NCBI GenBank assembly: GCA_938084645.1
Contig: CALKEP010000027.1
Span: 1-64,000 of the forward strand
Length of the DNA stretch: 64,000 bases
Direction: 5' to 3'
DNA from: an uncultured Phycisphaerales bacterium
GTDB lineage: Bacteria; Planctomycetota; Phycisphaerae; Phycisphaerales; SM1A02
The notes below the pieces were generated by a model. That model was not told the DNA's origin. It saw only the letters and a program-made list of their open reading frames with translations, and ran no database searches. How positions within the stretch are numbered: the first letter of the stretch is position 1; each line of letters begins with the position of its first letter. This document shows, piece by piece, positions 22,544 through 32,938 of the stretch. The position numbers and the translations under genes were made by a program.

Positions 22544-24055
22544 TCAGGCGAGAATGTCCTTGACGACCTTGCCGTGCACGTCGGTGAGTCGATAGTCCCG
22601 ACCCTGATGGCGGTAGATCGTCTTCTCGTGGTCGAGACCGAGCTGGTGGAGCATGGTCGCGTGGAGGTCGTGCACTTCCACGGGATTCTCGACGATGTTG
22701 TACGAGAAGTCGTCGGTCTTGCCGTAGGAGATGCCGGGTTTGACGCCGCCCCCCGCGAGCCAGACGGTGAAGCACCGGGGATGATGGTCCCGACCGTAGT
22801 TCTCCCGGGTGAGGTTTCCCTGGCTGTAGACGGTCCGCCCGAATTCACCGGCCCAGAGCACCAGCGTGTCGTCGAGCATGCCGCGTTGCTTGAGATCCTG
22901 CAGGAGCGCCGCCTGCGGCTGGTCGACCGCCTTCGCCTGGGCTCGGATCTCCCCGGGGAGATTTCCATGCTGGTCCCAGCCCCGCATGTAGAGCTGGATG
23001 AAGCGGACGCCCCGCTCGGAGAGACGTCGGGCCTGGAGGCAGTTCGCGGCGAAGCTGCCCGGAGTGCGGACGTCCGGGCCGTACATTTCGAGGGTCGCTT
23101 CCGACTCGTCGGAGATGTCGGTGAGTTCGGGCACCGACATCTGCATCCGATACGCCATCTCGTACTGGGCGATTCGAGCCTGGACCTCCGGGTCCAACGA
23201 TTGGGCGAACTCCTCCTCGTTCATCTTCGCGGCCAGGTCGAGCATCAGTCGCCGATCCTCGCGGCTCACGCCGTCGGGGTCGCGGAGATGCAGCACCGCG
23301 TCCCGGCCGGCGCGAAGCTTGCAGCCTTGATGTTCGCTCGGCAGGAACCCGCTGCCCCAGAAACGGGCCGAGAGCGCCTGCATGTTCCCGATGCCCTGGG
23401 TGATCATCACCACGAAGGTCGGGAGATCGCTGTTCATGCTTCCAAGCCCGTAGCTCATCCACGAGCCGAAGCAGGGCCGTCCCGGGATCTCGCTTCCGGT
23501 CTGGAAGAAGGTGATGCCGGGTTCGTGGTTGATCGCCGAGGTGTGCATGGACCGGATGAAGCAGATGTCCTTCGCCATCCTGCCGGTGTGCGGCAGGATT
23601 TCGGAGAGCATCACGCCGTCTTCGTTGTTCTCGTACCGGTCGAACTTGAAGGCGGTCGGCGCGACCGGGAATCGGGCCTGACCACTGGTCATGGTGGTGA
23701 TCCGCTGGCCGTTGCGGATCGAATCGGGGAGATCCTCGTCGAATCGTTGCTGCAGCGCGGGCTTGTGGTCGTAGAGGTCGAGCTGGCTCGGCGCACCCTC
23801 CATGTGCATGTAGATGACCCGCTTCGCCTTCGGGGCGTGATGCGGAATCGACGCGAGGATCTCGTCGACCTCGTTCACGCGGCTTCCCGCGAAGGCGGGA
23901 CGATCACCCACCAGCGAGCCGAGCGCGGTCGCGCCGAGGCCGCCGAGCACCCCTCCGGCCATCGAGCCGAAGAACCGACGGCGGGTGAGGTTGCGCAGGT
24001 AGCCCTCGAGCGGATCCGCGGGCCCTTCCTTGAATTCTCGATCCGACATGGGCAT
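22544..24055 (-). CDS. DUF1501 domain protein (Tat-exported)
   Basis: TRRRFF, GAPSQLDLYDHKP, GWDQH, GEFGRT, GRDHHP, RLTDVHG. Confidence 0.92.
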   Translation of the reverse strand: MPMSDREFKEGPADPLEGYLRNLTRRRFFGSMAGGVLGGLGATALGSLVGDRPAFAGSRVNEVDEILASIPHHAPKAKRVIYMHMEGAPSQLDLYDHKPALQQRFDEDLPDSIRNGQRITTMTSGQARFPVAPTAFKFDRYENNEDGVMLSEILPHTGRMAKDICFIRSMHTSAINHEPGITFFQTGSEIPGRPCFGSWMSYGLGSMNSDLPTFVVMITQGIGNMQALSARFWGSGFLPSEHQGCKLRAGRDAVLHLRDPDGVSREDRRLMLDLAAKMNEEEFAQSLDPEVQARIAQYEMAYRMQMSVPELTDISDESEATLEMYGPDVRTPGSFAANCLQARRLSERGVRFIQLYMRGWDQHGNLPGEIRAQAKAVDQPQAALLQDLKQRGMLDDTLVLWAGEFGRTVYSQGNLTRENYGRDHHPRCFTVWLAGGGVKPGISYGKTDDFSYNIVENPVEVHDLHATMLHQLGLDHEKTIYRHQGRDYRLTDVHGKVVKDILA

Positions 24056-24065
24056 GGTCCTTGGT

Positions 24066-27000
24066 TCAGTCCTTGACGATGGCGGCGTCCGAGCAGAGCA
24101 CGGCGTTGGCGAGCATGGTCCACGCCGCGAGTTCGGCGGGATCGAGGTCGTCGGGGGGCATCGCCTCGCCGACCGCGATCAGTGCCGCGGCGTCCTCGGG
24201 GGCGTTCTGGTACCGATTCCGGTAGCGAGCGATGGTGTCGCGGAGGGTCGCGCGGATCGAGTCCGAGGGCGGCGACGCGGTCGTGATCCGGAAGAGCAGA
24301 TCGAATCTCGCCTCGTCCGTCGCTTCGCGTTCGATGACCGTCGCCGCGAGCAGTTTCGCGGCCTCCACGAACTGGGGATCGTTCCAGAGGACGAGCGCCT
24401 GGAGCGGGGTGTTGGTGGTCAGTCGACGGGTCGAGCAGTATTCCCGGGTCGGGGCGTCGAGCGCGAGCATCGACGGCGGGGGGGATGCCCGCTTCCAGTA
24501 GGTGTAGACGCTGCGGCGGTACAGGTCGTCGCCGTATCCCTGTTCATAGTTCCGGGTGTTGGACTGGAGCATCGCGACCTCCCGCCAGAGGCCTTCCGGC
24601 TGGTAGGGCTTCACGCTCGGGCCGCCGAATCGTTCGACGAGCAGGCCGGAGGCGAACAGCGCCTGATCGCGGATCTGTTCCGCGGAGAGACGCTGACGCG
24701 GGAACGAGGAGAGCAGCACGTTGTCGAAGTCGATCTCGAGCGATCGCGGGTTTCGCCGGGCCGACTGCCGGTAGGTGGCGGAGGTCAGGATCCTGCGGAT
24801 CAGGGCGAGTCGATCCCAGTCGCCGTCCCGGAACGTCGCGGCCAGGTGGTCGAGCAGTTCCGGATGCGAGGGCCACGCGCCCTGGTAGCCGAAGTCCTCG
24901 ACGCTCTCGACGAGTCCTCGCCCGAAGAACATCGCCCAGACCCGGTTCGCCTCGACCCGTGCGGTGAGCGGATTGTCGTCACTGACGATCCAGCGGGCGA
25001 AGTCGAGGCGATCCGGGTTCTCCACGTCGGTGGGAAGCGACCCGAGCACCGAGGGGATCGCCCGTGAGGCGGGGCGGTCGCGATCGGGCTGGTCGTACAG
25101 CCCCCGCATCATCACGTAGGTGTCACGCGGGGTCTTCCGCTCCTGCATGATCATGGTCTTCGGAACGTCCTCGACGAGCTTCGTGCGTTCGGCGGTGAGG
25201 GCGCCGATCTCCTCGTTGAGCCGCCGGTAGCGAGGCGATCGTCGGACCCGGATCGACTCGTTCGCGGATGCGAGGGCCGGGGGGCGGACGCTCGACGCGG
25301 GAAGCAGGAGCGCCACCGCGGTCGACGGCAGTTCGGATTCGGGCGGGTCGACCCGGAAGTACATGCCGCCGGCGCCGCCGGTGTTGACGATCTTGAGGAC
25401 CAGCGTGTTCAGGCCGGCGATCAACGGGACCTGAATCCGATCCTGGTCTGGAGCGACGCCACGGTTCACGCGGCGGTCGAAGATCTTCTCGCCGTTTCGG
25501 AAGACCTGGATGCCGTCGTCCGAACCGAGCGAGACGGACAGGTTTCGTGCGGTGGGACTGTAGATCTCGCGGCCGACGTACTCCGCACCGATACCCTGGG
25601 CGAGGGTGACGTTCCGGCCGTCGGCCACCCCGGGTGCATGTCGCCACGCGAGATCCCGGTACTTCGTCCCGAACGCGAGGGGGCCGGAGCCTTCCGGGCC
25701 GTAGGCGGTGTTGTACGCCTCCTCGCCGGTGGTGGTGGGATAGGGGCCGACGATGTACCAGTCGGTGCTCGCCACGGGAAGGGACGTGCGAATCGAGGCG
25801 TCGGCGGAGCCGACCTGCAGGCGGGTGCGGCCGATCGCGTGCTTGTCGTAGCGCGAGTCGAAGCCGTACCGCACGATGAGCTCGGTGCCACCTTCGAATC
25901 CGAACGGTTCCGCGGCGAGGAAGACGAACGTCCGGCGACCGGGAATGCCGTGCGACTGGGCGGCCCAGACCCGTCCATCGTCGGGACGAAGCGCGTTGGT
26001 GATTCGGAAGTCGCCGTCCGGCTGCTCGTGATCGGCCCACGCCCAGGTGAGCGGGACGTCGACTCTTCGGGTCGGATCCGCGGTCGAGACCGCTTCGACG
26101 GTGATGCCGGACAGGATCGAGTTGCCGTTCGGCGCTCGGCCGGTGCCGTTGCCCGGCAGGGACTCGTGCGGGAGGGCTTCGACGAGGATGGCGTCGTGTC
26201 GACCGCCATCGAGGAGATAGGAGACGGTGACTTCGTCGTCGGCGGGGTTCGTTCCGGTGGCGAGCACGCTTCCGTCATCGAGAAGTTCCATCGTCGCGCC
26301 ATCGCGGCTGTCCGCCCGGACCGGTGCGGCGGCCGTCCACCCGAAACCGCCTCCGGAACCCAGGCCGGCGAGATAGTCGTCGACGGCCGCCTGCTCCTCC
26401 GGCGTGGGTGTCGAACGTTCCGATTCGAGGGTCGCGATCTTCGCGGCGATCGTGGCGATTCGTTCCGCGTCCTCTTCGCGCGGAATCTCGAGGGCCGGCT
26501 CGAATGCACGGTTCGAGTCGGGGACCTGGGTGTAGATCCCCGGCTGCTCCACGTTGTTGAAGAACGCGATGAGGTTGTAGAAGTCCTGCTGCGAGATCGG
26601 GTCGAACTTGTGATCGTGACACCGGGCGCACCCGACGGTGAGTCCGAGCCACACCGCGCCGGTCGTCTCGACCCGGTCCACCGCGTATTCGAGAAGATAT
26701 TCGTCGGCGATCGCGCCACCTTCATCGCTCGTCACGTGGTTCCGATGGAACCCGCTCGCGATCAACTGTTCGATGGTCGGGTCCGGCAGGAGGTCGCCGG
26801 CGAGTTGGTCGACCGTGAACCGATCGAACGGCATGTTGGAGCGGAAGGCCTCGAGGACCCAGTCGCGATAGGGCCAGATCTGGCGGCCCGCATCCATGTG
26901 GATGCCGCTGGTGTCCGCATAGCGGGCGAGGTCGAGCCAGGGAGTCGCCATCCGTTCGGCAAGGCGGGTGCGATACGGCTCCTCGGTGAGCACGCGGTCG

Positions 27001-27683
27001 ACGAGGCGTTCGTAGGCATCGGGGGACCGGTCCGAGAGGAACCCATCGAGTTCGTCGGGGGTCGGTGGAAGGCCGGTGACGTCGAGGAAGAGTCGGCGGG
27101 CGAGTGTCTCGCGGTCCGCCTCCGGGGCCGGCGTCATGCCGGCGCGATCGAGTCGGCGGCTGATGAACCGGTCGATGTCGTTCCGGCTCCAGTCGTCTTC
27201 GATCCCGGCGGGAACGGCGGGGGCGAGCAGGGGTTCGAACGCCCAGTGCGGCTCGTATTCGGCGCCCGCCTCGATCCAGCGACGGATCAGGTCGATCTCG
27301 TCGTCCGTGATCGCCCGCTTCCCGCTCTTGGGAGGCGGCATGACGTCGTGTGGATCATCGGTGGTGATCCGCTCGAACAGGAGAGACGCTTCGGGATCAC
27401 CCGGAACGATCGCGGCCAGGCCGTCGACTTCGCGGGTCGCATCGGCGAAGGAGTCGAGTCGGAGGTCCGCCATCTGGGTCGCGGCGTCCGGTCCGTGGCA
27501 GAGGAAACACCGATCCGAAAGGATCGGACGGATGTCGCGCCCGTAGCGAAGGGAATCTCCCGACTCGGCGGTATCGATCGGCGTGGTGGGCGACGAAGCG
27601 TCGTCCGAGGCCAGGCCGAGGAGGAGGGTCGGCGCGAGGATGCTCGCAACCACGATGGCATGTATTCGATTGACCTCGACCAT
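24066..27683 (-). CDS. Planctomycete cytochrome c / DUF1549 / DUF1553 (PSD1) protein
   Basis: CFLCHGPD, WLDLARYADT, CARCHDHKFDP, PSHPELLD, TNTPLQAL. Confidence 0.92.
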   Translation of the reverse strand: MVEVNRIHAIVVASILAPTLLLGLASDDASSPTTPIDTAESGDSLRYGRDIRPILSDRCFLCHGPDAATQMADLRLDSFADATREVDGLAAIVPGDPEASLLFERITTDDPHDVMPPPKSGKRAITDDEIDLIRRWIEAGAEYEPHWAFEPLLAPAVPAGIEDDWSRNDIDRFISRRLDRAGMTPAPEADRETLARRLFLDVTGLPPTPDELDGFLSDRSPDAYERLVDRVLTEEPYRTRLAERMATPWLDLARYADTSGIHMDAGRQIWPYRDWVLEAFRSNMPFDRFTVDQLAGDLLPDPTIEQLIASGFHRNHVTSDEGGAIADEYLLEYAVDRVETTGAVWLGLTVGCARCHDHKFDPISQQDFYNLIAFFNNVEQPGIYTQVPDSNRAFEPALEIPREEDAERIATIAAKIATLESERSTPTPEEQAAVDDYLAGLGSGGGFGWTAAAPVRADSRDGATMELLDDGSVLATGTNPADDEVTVSYLLDGGRHDAILVEALPHESLPGNGTGRAPNGNSILSGITVEAVSTADPTRRVDVPLTWAWADHEQPDGDFRITNALRPDDGRVWAAQSHGIPGRRTFVFLAAEPFGFEGGTELIVRYGFDSRYDKHAIGRTRLQVGSADASIRTSLPVASTDWYIVGPYPTTTGEEAYNTAYGPEGSGPLAFGTKYRDLAWRHAPGVADGRNVTLAQGIGAEYVGREIYSPTARNLSVSLGSDDGIQVFRNGEKIFDRRVNRGVAPDQDRIQVPLIAGLNTLVLKIVNTGGAGGMYFRVDPPESELPSTAVALLLPASSVRPPALASANESIRVRRSPRYRRLNEEIGALTAERTKLVEDVPKTMIMQERKTPRDTYVMMRGLYDQPDRDRPASRAIPSVLGSLPTDVENPDRLDFARWIVSDDNPLTARVEANRVWAMFFGRGLVESVEDFGYQGAWPSHPELLDHLAATFRDGDWDRLALIRRILTSATYRQSARRNPRSLEIDFDNVLLSSFPRQRLSAEQIRDQALFASGLLVERFGGPSVKPYQPEGLWREVAMLQSNTRNYEQGYGDDLYRRSVYTYWKRASPPPSMLALDAPTREYCSTRRLTTNTPLQALVLWNDPQFVEAAKLLAATVIEREATDEARFDLLFRITTASPPSDSIRATLRDTIARYRNRYQNAPEDAAALIAVGEAMPPDDLDPAELAAWTMLANAVLCSDAAIVKD

Positions 27684-27997
27684 GTCCTCCAGAATACGCC
27701 CGACGCATCGATGGGAGTAGCGAAACCCGGACGCAGGTCACCACGCGGAAGAGGTTTATCGGACGACAAGTAGCTCGCCGCGGGATGTCCAGGCGGTCGA
27801 GGATTGCGTCCTAGAAACGCGTGCTCGAGGGAGAAAATGACCGAACTGGGCGAATATGGCGGGATTCCGGTCACCGGACGGGCCGGAACGCGAATGATAG
27901 TGCACGCTGATGATTCGTTGGATGGGCGGAAGAGGCTCTATTCGACCCCGGCCCGGCGAGATCGCGTCGGGCCCCATGTCCCTCTCAGGAGCCCCAG

Positions 27998-30100
27998 ATG
28001 CGCCCCCACCTCCACTTCGCCCTCGTTGCGTCGGCGACGTTCGCCGTCGCCGGAACAGCATTCGCCCAGTCGCGCGGAATCACCAGGGTGGGACCAGCGG
28101 AGCCGGTGGCCTTCTGGGTCCACGATGACGGCACCGTCGAAGTGAATGACGCGATGGGCCGCGCCGTCTTCCGCGACATCGAGGCGTACCTCGCCTCCGA
28201 TGCCTTCGTCAGGAATGGGAAGCGCTGCGGGCTGCCGGCCATCGACGATCGCATCGCCGGTCCGCCGCTGGACGACGAGCCGGGTGGCGTCGCGGGCGCG
28301 GGCACGCCCAGTGACTGCAGTTGCAACGGCACGGATCCGGATCCCGTCTACGACTCCGTCTCGGGCCTGACCTATGTGATTCCCGTCGTGTTCCATGTGA
28401 TCCGGAACTCCGCCGGCACGCAGGGGAACATCTCGGAGGCGTGCATCCAGAGCCAGATCGAGAGTCTCAACGAGGACTTCAACGCGATTCCCGGCTCGCC
28501 CGGCGCCGCGGGCGTGAATGCCCGCATCGAATTCGTGCTGGCCACCGAGGACCCGTCGGGGAATCCGAGCAACGGCATCACGTACTCCGACAACACGAAC
28601 TGGTTCAATGACAACGGCTCGTACTGGAACTCCCTCGCGTGGGATACCAGTGAATACATGAACGTGTACACCAACACCGCGAGCGGCGCGCTCGGCTACG
28701 TCCCCGCGCTGGGCTGCTCGAACATCGACGGTCAGGCTCAGGACCGCATCGTGGTGCTCTATTCCGCGATCGGTGATTGCGCGACGTCGGCGCCCTACGA
28801 CGGGGGCCGGACCCTGACTCACGAGGTCGGTCACTATCTCGGCCTGGAGCACACGTTCTCGGGTGGCTGCGCCGGTCAGGGCAACTGCAACAACAACGGC
28901 GATCTCATCTGCGACACGCTGCCCCAGCAGAGCCCGACAAGCGGCTGCAGTTCCAGCAGTTCCTGCGGCCAGTCGCATCAGAACCAGCGGAACTACATGG
29001 ACTACTCCGTCGACTCGTGCATGAACAATTTCACGTACGAGCAGCATCTTCGAATGCGTTGCATCCTCGAGCACTACCGTGTCGAGCTTCCCTGCACCGA
29101 CTGCGCCGGCAGCGGTCCGGCCGAGAACGATGAATGCGACGTCGCCATCGCCCTCGAAGAGGGGCCCAACGAAGCCACCAGCTTCGGGGCGACCTACTCC
29201 GGCGTGATCGCGGAGGCGTCCTGCAGTGACGTCTCCGGCGTCGCGGTTCGGAACGACGTCTGGTTCACCTACGAGGCGCCGGGCAACGGCACCCTCACCC
29301 TCTCGATCTGCGACGCGATCTTCAACGCCCGAATGAACGTGTGGCCGGGCGACGCCTGTCCGGAGTCCGGGGGACTTCTGCTCGCCTGCAGCGACAACGA
29401 CTGCGGCGACGGTCCGATCGTCGACCTCGTGGTCTCCTCGGGCCAGCAGCTCATCATCCAGGTCGGAAGTCCCGGCAATGAAGCGGGGCTCTTCACGCTC
29501 GACGTCGACTTCGAGGAAGTGGTGGACCCGCCCGCCAACGACCTCTGCACGGACGCCATTTCGGTATCCACCGGGGGAACATCGTTCACGACGATCGACG
29601 CCTCGGCATCCGGGGCGGATCTCCCGCTGTCCTGTTCGGTCTCCAGCGGTCCCGAGATCTACGCGGACGTCTGGTTCGAGTGGACGGCGCCCTGCACCGG
29701 CTTCGCGACCATCGCGACCTGCAATGCCGCGTTCGATTCCCGACTCGCGGTCTACACCGGCGGGTGCCCGGCGTCCGGAGCGAGCCCGGTCGCCTGTGCC
29801 GACGACATCTGCGGCGACGATCCGAGCGTGACGTTCCTCGCGATCGCGGGTCAGACCTTCCGCATTCAGGTCGGTTCGCCGGACGTGGGTGACGAGGGCG
29901 CCGGCGTGTTGCTGGTCGCCTGCGAACCGATCGGTGGTGGTTGCCCCGAGGACCTCAACGACGACGGCAGCGTCGACGGTGCGGACCTCGGGCTCCTGCT
30001 CGCGGCCTGGGCCACCGCCAATGCCGATATCAACGACGACGGCACCACCAACGGTGCCGATCTCGGACTCCTCCTCGCGAAGTGGGGCGAGGACTGCTGA
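27998..30100 (+). CDS. Secreted M43 (pappalysin-like) zinc metalloprotease with tandem Cys-rich domains and dockerin-like tail
   Basis: HEVGHYLGLEHTF, NYMDYS Met-turn, two ND-C...DVWF repeats, DLNDDGSVDGADLGLLLAAW. Confidence 0.88.
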   Translation: MRPHLHFALVASATFAVAGTAFAQSRGITRVGPAEPVAFWVHDDGTVEVNDAMGRAVFRDIEAYLASDAFVRNGKRCGLPAIDDRIAGPPLDDEPGGVAGAGTPSDCSCNGTDPDPVYDSVSGLTYVIPVVFHVIRNSAGTQGNISEACIQSQIESLNEDFNAIPGSPGAAGVNARIEFVLATEDPSGNPSNGITYSDNTNWFNDNGSYWNSLAWDTSEYMNVYTNTASGALGYVPALGCSNIDGQAQDRIVVLYSAIGDCATSAPYDGGRTLTHEVGHYLGLEHTFSGGCAGQGNCNNNGDLICDTLPQQSPTSGCSSSSSCGQSHQNQRNYMDYSVDSCMNNFTYEQHLRMRCILEHYRVELPCTDCAGSGPAENDECDVAIALEEGPNEATSFGATYSGVIAEASCSDVSGVAVRNDVWFTYEAPGNGTLTLSICDAIFNARMNVWPGDACPESGGLLLACSDNDCGDGPIVDLVVSSGQQLIIQVGSPGNEAGLFTLDVDFEEVVDPPANDLCTDAISVSTGGTSFTTIDASASGADLPLSCSVSSGPEIYADVWFEWTAPCTGFATIATCNAAFDSRLAVYTGGCPASGASPVACADDICGDDPSVTFLAIAGQTFRIQVGSPDVGDEGAGVLLVACEPIGGGCPEDLNDDGSVDGADLGLLLAAWATANADINDDGTTNGADLGLLLAKWGEDC

Positions 30101-30128
30101 TCGTCACACCCGCAACCTCGTGAAATCC

Positions 30129-30168
30129 AGACCGCCCGGCCCGCTTCGGCGACCGGGCGGTCTTCTTG
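30129..30168 (+). terminator. Intrinsic terminator
   Basis: AGACCGCCCGG...CCGGGCGGTCT stem followed by TCTT. Confidence 0.65.
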
Positions 30169-30205
30169 CGCGACGGACGGCTCCATCGACCGGTATCCTC
30201 GCGGC

Positions 30206-30931
30206 ATGAGATACCGCATCATCGCCCCCGTCATCCTGATCGCCTCTCTGCTGCTCGCCGGCGAAGTCCTGTTCGGTGCTCCCGAATCGCGATCTCGTCC
30301 GACCCCGGCGGCGACCGATGGGCTCGCGCCCGTGTTCGGGCCCGTCACGAAACTCTTCAACGGCGCCGATCTCGCCGGCTGGAACGCGTTCTTCGGAGAC
30401 GGGTCGACCGACGCCGCGAAGGCGTGGTCGGTCCGCGACGGAGTGCTCGTCTGCAATGGCGGGCCGGTCGGCTACCTGCAGACCGACCTTCGCTACGAGA
30501 ATTTCGAGCTCGTGGTGGAGTGGCGATTCGATCCCGAGCTGGGGGCGGGCAACAGCGGGGTGCTCCTGCGAACGGTCGGGAAGGACACCGTCTGGCCCAC
30601 TTCCATCGAGGCTCAGTTGCACTCTCGGAACGCCGGGGACATCTGGAACATCGGCGCCTTTCCGATGAAGGCCGACGCGGCTCGAACGAAGGGGCGACGG
30701 ACCGTCAAGGCGCACGAGACGAACGAGAAGCCGCTCGGTGAATGGAATCGATATCGGATTCGCCTCGATCGCGGAGATCTCACGCTCGAGGTCAACGGAC
30801 TCGTTCAGAATGAAGCCACGGGATGTCGTCAGGTGCCTGGCCGCATCGGCTTGCAGAGCGAGGGTGCTGCGATCGAGTTTCGCCGAGTGGAACTTCGACC
30901 GATCGTCGCGTGGAAAGCCGCCTCGAAGTGA
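30206..30931 (+). CDS. DUF1080 domain protein
   Basis: LFNGADLAGW, GNSGV, EKPLGEWN, IGLQSEG. Confidence 0.9.
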   Translation: MRYRIIAPVILIASLLLAGEVLFGAPESRSRPTPAATDGLAPVFGPVTKLFNGADLAGWNAFFGDGSTDAAKAWSVRDGVLVCNGGPVGYLQTDLRYENFELVVEWRFDPELGAGNSGVLLRTVGKDTVWPTSIEAQLHSRNAGDIWNIGAFPMKADAARTKGRRTVKAHETNEKPLGEWNRYRIRLDRGDLTLEVNGLVQNEATGCRQVPGRIGLQSEGAAIEFRRVELRPIVAWKAASK

Positions 30932-30949
30932 CGAACCCCGATCGGGACG

Positions 30950-31393
30950 TCACCCGGCCCGGTGGGGTCCGCGGAGGCACATCCGGCGGGTCACCGCATC
31001 AAGCGTCATCGCCACGCCCGTACCCACGGTGTAGGCCAGCAGGTCGCTCCAGAGGAATCCACGGCCGAGCAGGAGCGCCCCGAGCCGGGTCGACCGGATC
31101 GCATCGAGCCATTCCACGCGGAGGAGCTGGGAGAACTCGACGGTGAAGGCGGTCAGCAACGCGAGCACCGCGACCACTCGGATGGCATCGGTGGGACGAA
31201 GCCATCGCCATCCGGCGTAGGCGGCCATCGCCCAGGCGGCGTCCCCGCCGTAGGCACCGATCACCGGCCAGCCGAGCAGTGGGGGTTGACGGCTCGCGAG
31301 GCCGAACGTCGCGGCGAGAAGCAGGCCGACGAGGGCGAGGACCCGGATACCGGTCTCGGGACCTTGAGCGTCGGGGACGGGTTGCTCAGGCAT
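30950..31393 (-). CDS. DUF2809 (YjgA-like) membrane protein
   Basis: YGGDAAWA, VEFSQL, LLGRGFLWSDLLAY. Confidence 0.8.
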   Translation of the reverse strand: MPEQPVPDAQGPETGIRVLALVGLLLAATFGLASRQPPLLGWPVIGAYGGDAAWAMAAYAGWRWLRPTDAIRVVAVLALLTAFTVEFSQLLRVEWLDAIRSTRLGALLLGRGFLWSDLLAYTVGTGVAMTLDAVTRRMCLRGPHRAG

Positions 31394-32714
31394 CGGCGTC
31401 GATCGATGGTCCGTGGCCGGTCCAGATCGTCCGGCCCGGTCGCGTGCGGCGAGCGTTCGCGGCCTCGGCATGATCGCCGGTGAAGCGTTCGGTCCGGGGG
31501 TCCCAGGTCAGCGGGGTCCCGAGCTCGTAGCCGATCGCCGCGAGCTGGCAGATCGTCGCGGTCCGATGGCCGGCTTCCGCCGGGGCGATCGTCGGTCGGG
31601 ACTCACCGATGGCGTCGATCCAGTCGGTGATGTGGTCGGCCGGGCGGGGGAGCTGATGCTCCGCGGCCACCTCGGTTTCAAGGATCGCCGGGTCCGAGGC
31701 GCGAAGGTAGCCGCGGCCCGCCTCGATCCAGCCGGCATCACCCTCGAACCGGCAGTCGACGCTTCCGTCGTGGATGAGTTCGATTCCGTCGTCGTACACC
31801 AGACGCAGGCCTCGAGTCGCCGCCGGGTCCTCGGGCGGGATGATCCGGCTCGGGCCCGAGGCATCGCGGCGGAGCGCCCATTGGGCGATGTCGAAGTGAT
31901 GCGCACCCATGTCCGCGAGCCCGCCACCGGCGAATTCACGGTACTTCCGCCACTGGGGATAGTGACCGTGCATGCCCACCGGGCAGAGGATCGCGTTGAA
32001 CTCCCGGCTCGCGGCGGGCCCCAGCCATCGATCCCAGTCGGCGGCGGTCATGTCGGCGGGCAGCGGCTCGGCCGGGAGATCACAGTCGATCGGGGGATCC
32101 CCGACGCCGATGAAGACCCGCTCGATCTTCCCGATCGATCCGTTCCGGACGAGTTCGGCGGCACGAACGAAGTGGCGGCCGAACTCCGAACGCTGCTGGC
32201 TTCCGACCTGGAAGGCGACCTTCGAGTCGGCCGCGGCATCCGCGATCGCCCGTCCCTCCTCGATGGTGCGGGAGAGCGGTTTCTCGCAGTAGACGTGGAG
32301 GCCGCGTCGGCAGGCCTCGATCGCGTCGACCGCGTGGGCGTGATCGGGGGTGGTCACCACGACGGCGTCGAGGTCGGCGTTCCTCAGCATGTCGAAGCCG
32401 TCCACATACGCCTTGCAGAACTCGCCCCGTCGGTCGCCACTGATCCGTTTCATCGCGGTGTCGCGGCGGGCCGGGCAGACTTCGGCAAGCCCGACGAACC
32501 GGACCCCGGGGGCTCGAAGGAACTGGTCGAGCAGGTTCTTCCCACGGATGCCGTACCCGATCATCCCGAGGCGGATGGTGTTGGAGCCGGCAGCAGCGGC
32601 GGCACGCACTCCAAGCGGACCGATCAGTGGGATCGCCGCGGCCGCGAGCATCGCCTTCGTGGCGGTCCGCCGGGTCGAATCGAAACGGTCGGGGTGATTC
32701 GGAGTCGTGGTCAA
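31386..32714 (-). CDS. Gfo/Idh/MocA oxidoreductase, Tat-like signal
   Basis: TTG start after AAGGAG; GYGIRG, TPDHAH, YCEKP, GSQQRS, DMGAHHFD. Confidence 0.9.
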   Translation of the reverse strand: MTTTPNHPDRFDSTRRTATKAMLAAAAIPLIGPLGVRAAAAAGSNTIRLGMIGYGIRGKNLLDQFLRAPGVRFVGLAEVCPARRDTAMKRISGDRRGEFCKAYVDGFDMLRNADLDAVVVTTPDHAHAVDAIEACRRGLHVYCEKPLSRTIEEGRAIADAAADSKVAFQVGSQQRSEFGRHFVRAAELVRNGSIGKIERVFIGVGDPPIDCDLPAEPLPADMTAADWDRWLGPAASREFNAILCPVGMHGHYPQWRKYREFAGGGLADMGAHHFDIAQWALRRDASGPSRIIPPEDPAATRGLRLVYDDGIELIHDGSVDCRFEGDAGWIEAGRGYLRASDPAILETEVAAEHQLPRPADHITDWIDAIGESRPTIAPAEAGHRTATICQLAAIGYELGTPLTWDPRTERFTGDHAEAANARRTRPGRTIWTGHGPSIDADA

Positions 32715-32864
32715 TGTGGGCTCCTTGCTACGCGGGCTCTTGGTCACCGGCCAGATTGAGAATAGATTGAATCCTCGGTGCAGGGGTGCAGGCTCGCGGC
32801 GGATCATCAATTCCGGAGTTGGTCGTCGTTTCCGGCTCGAGGCGGGAGGCGAGCCCGTCGAGGC

Positions 32865-32899
32865 AAAAGAGCGACCCACGCCGTGAGGCGTGGGTCGCT
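32865..32899 (-). terminator. Intrinsic terminator of the PEP-CTERM gene
   Basis: 13-bp stem AGCGACCCACGCC-GTGA-GGCGTGGGTCGCT with an A-run on + (U-tract on -). Confidence 0.75.
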
Positions 32900-32938
32900 T
32901 ACTGTGTCTGCAGTTCTTCGCTGGTAGCGGGTTCGGGG

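Noticed and set aside
32752..32773. AGATTGAGAATAGATTGAATCC as a Fur/PerR-like box
   Set aside because: Only a half-site match and not palindromic
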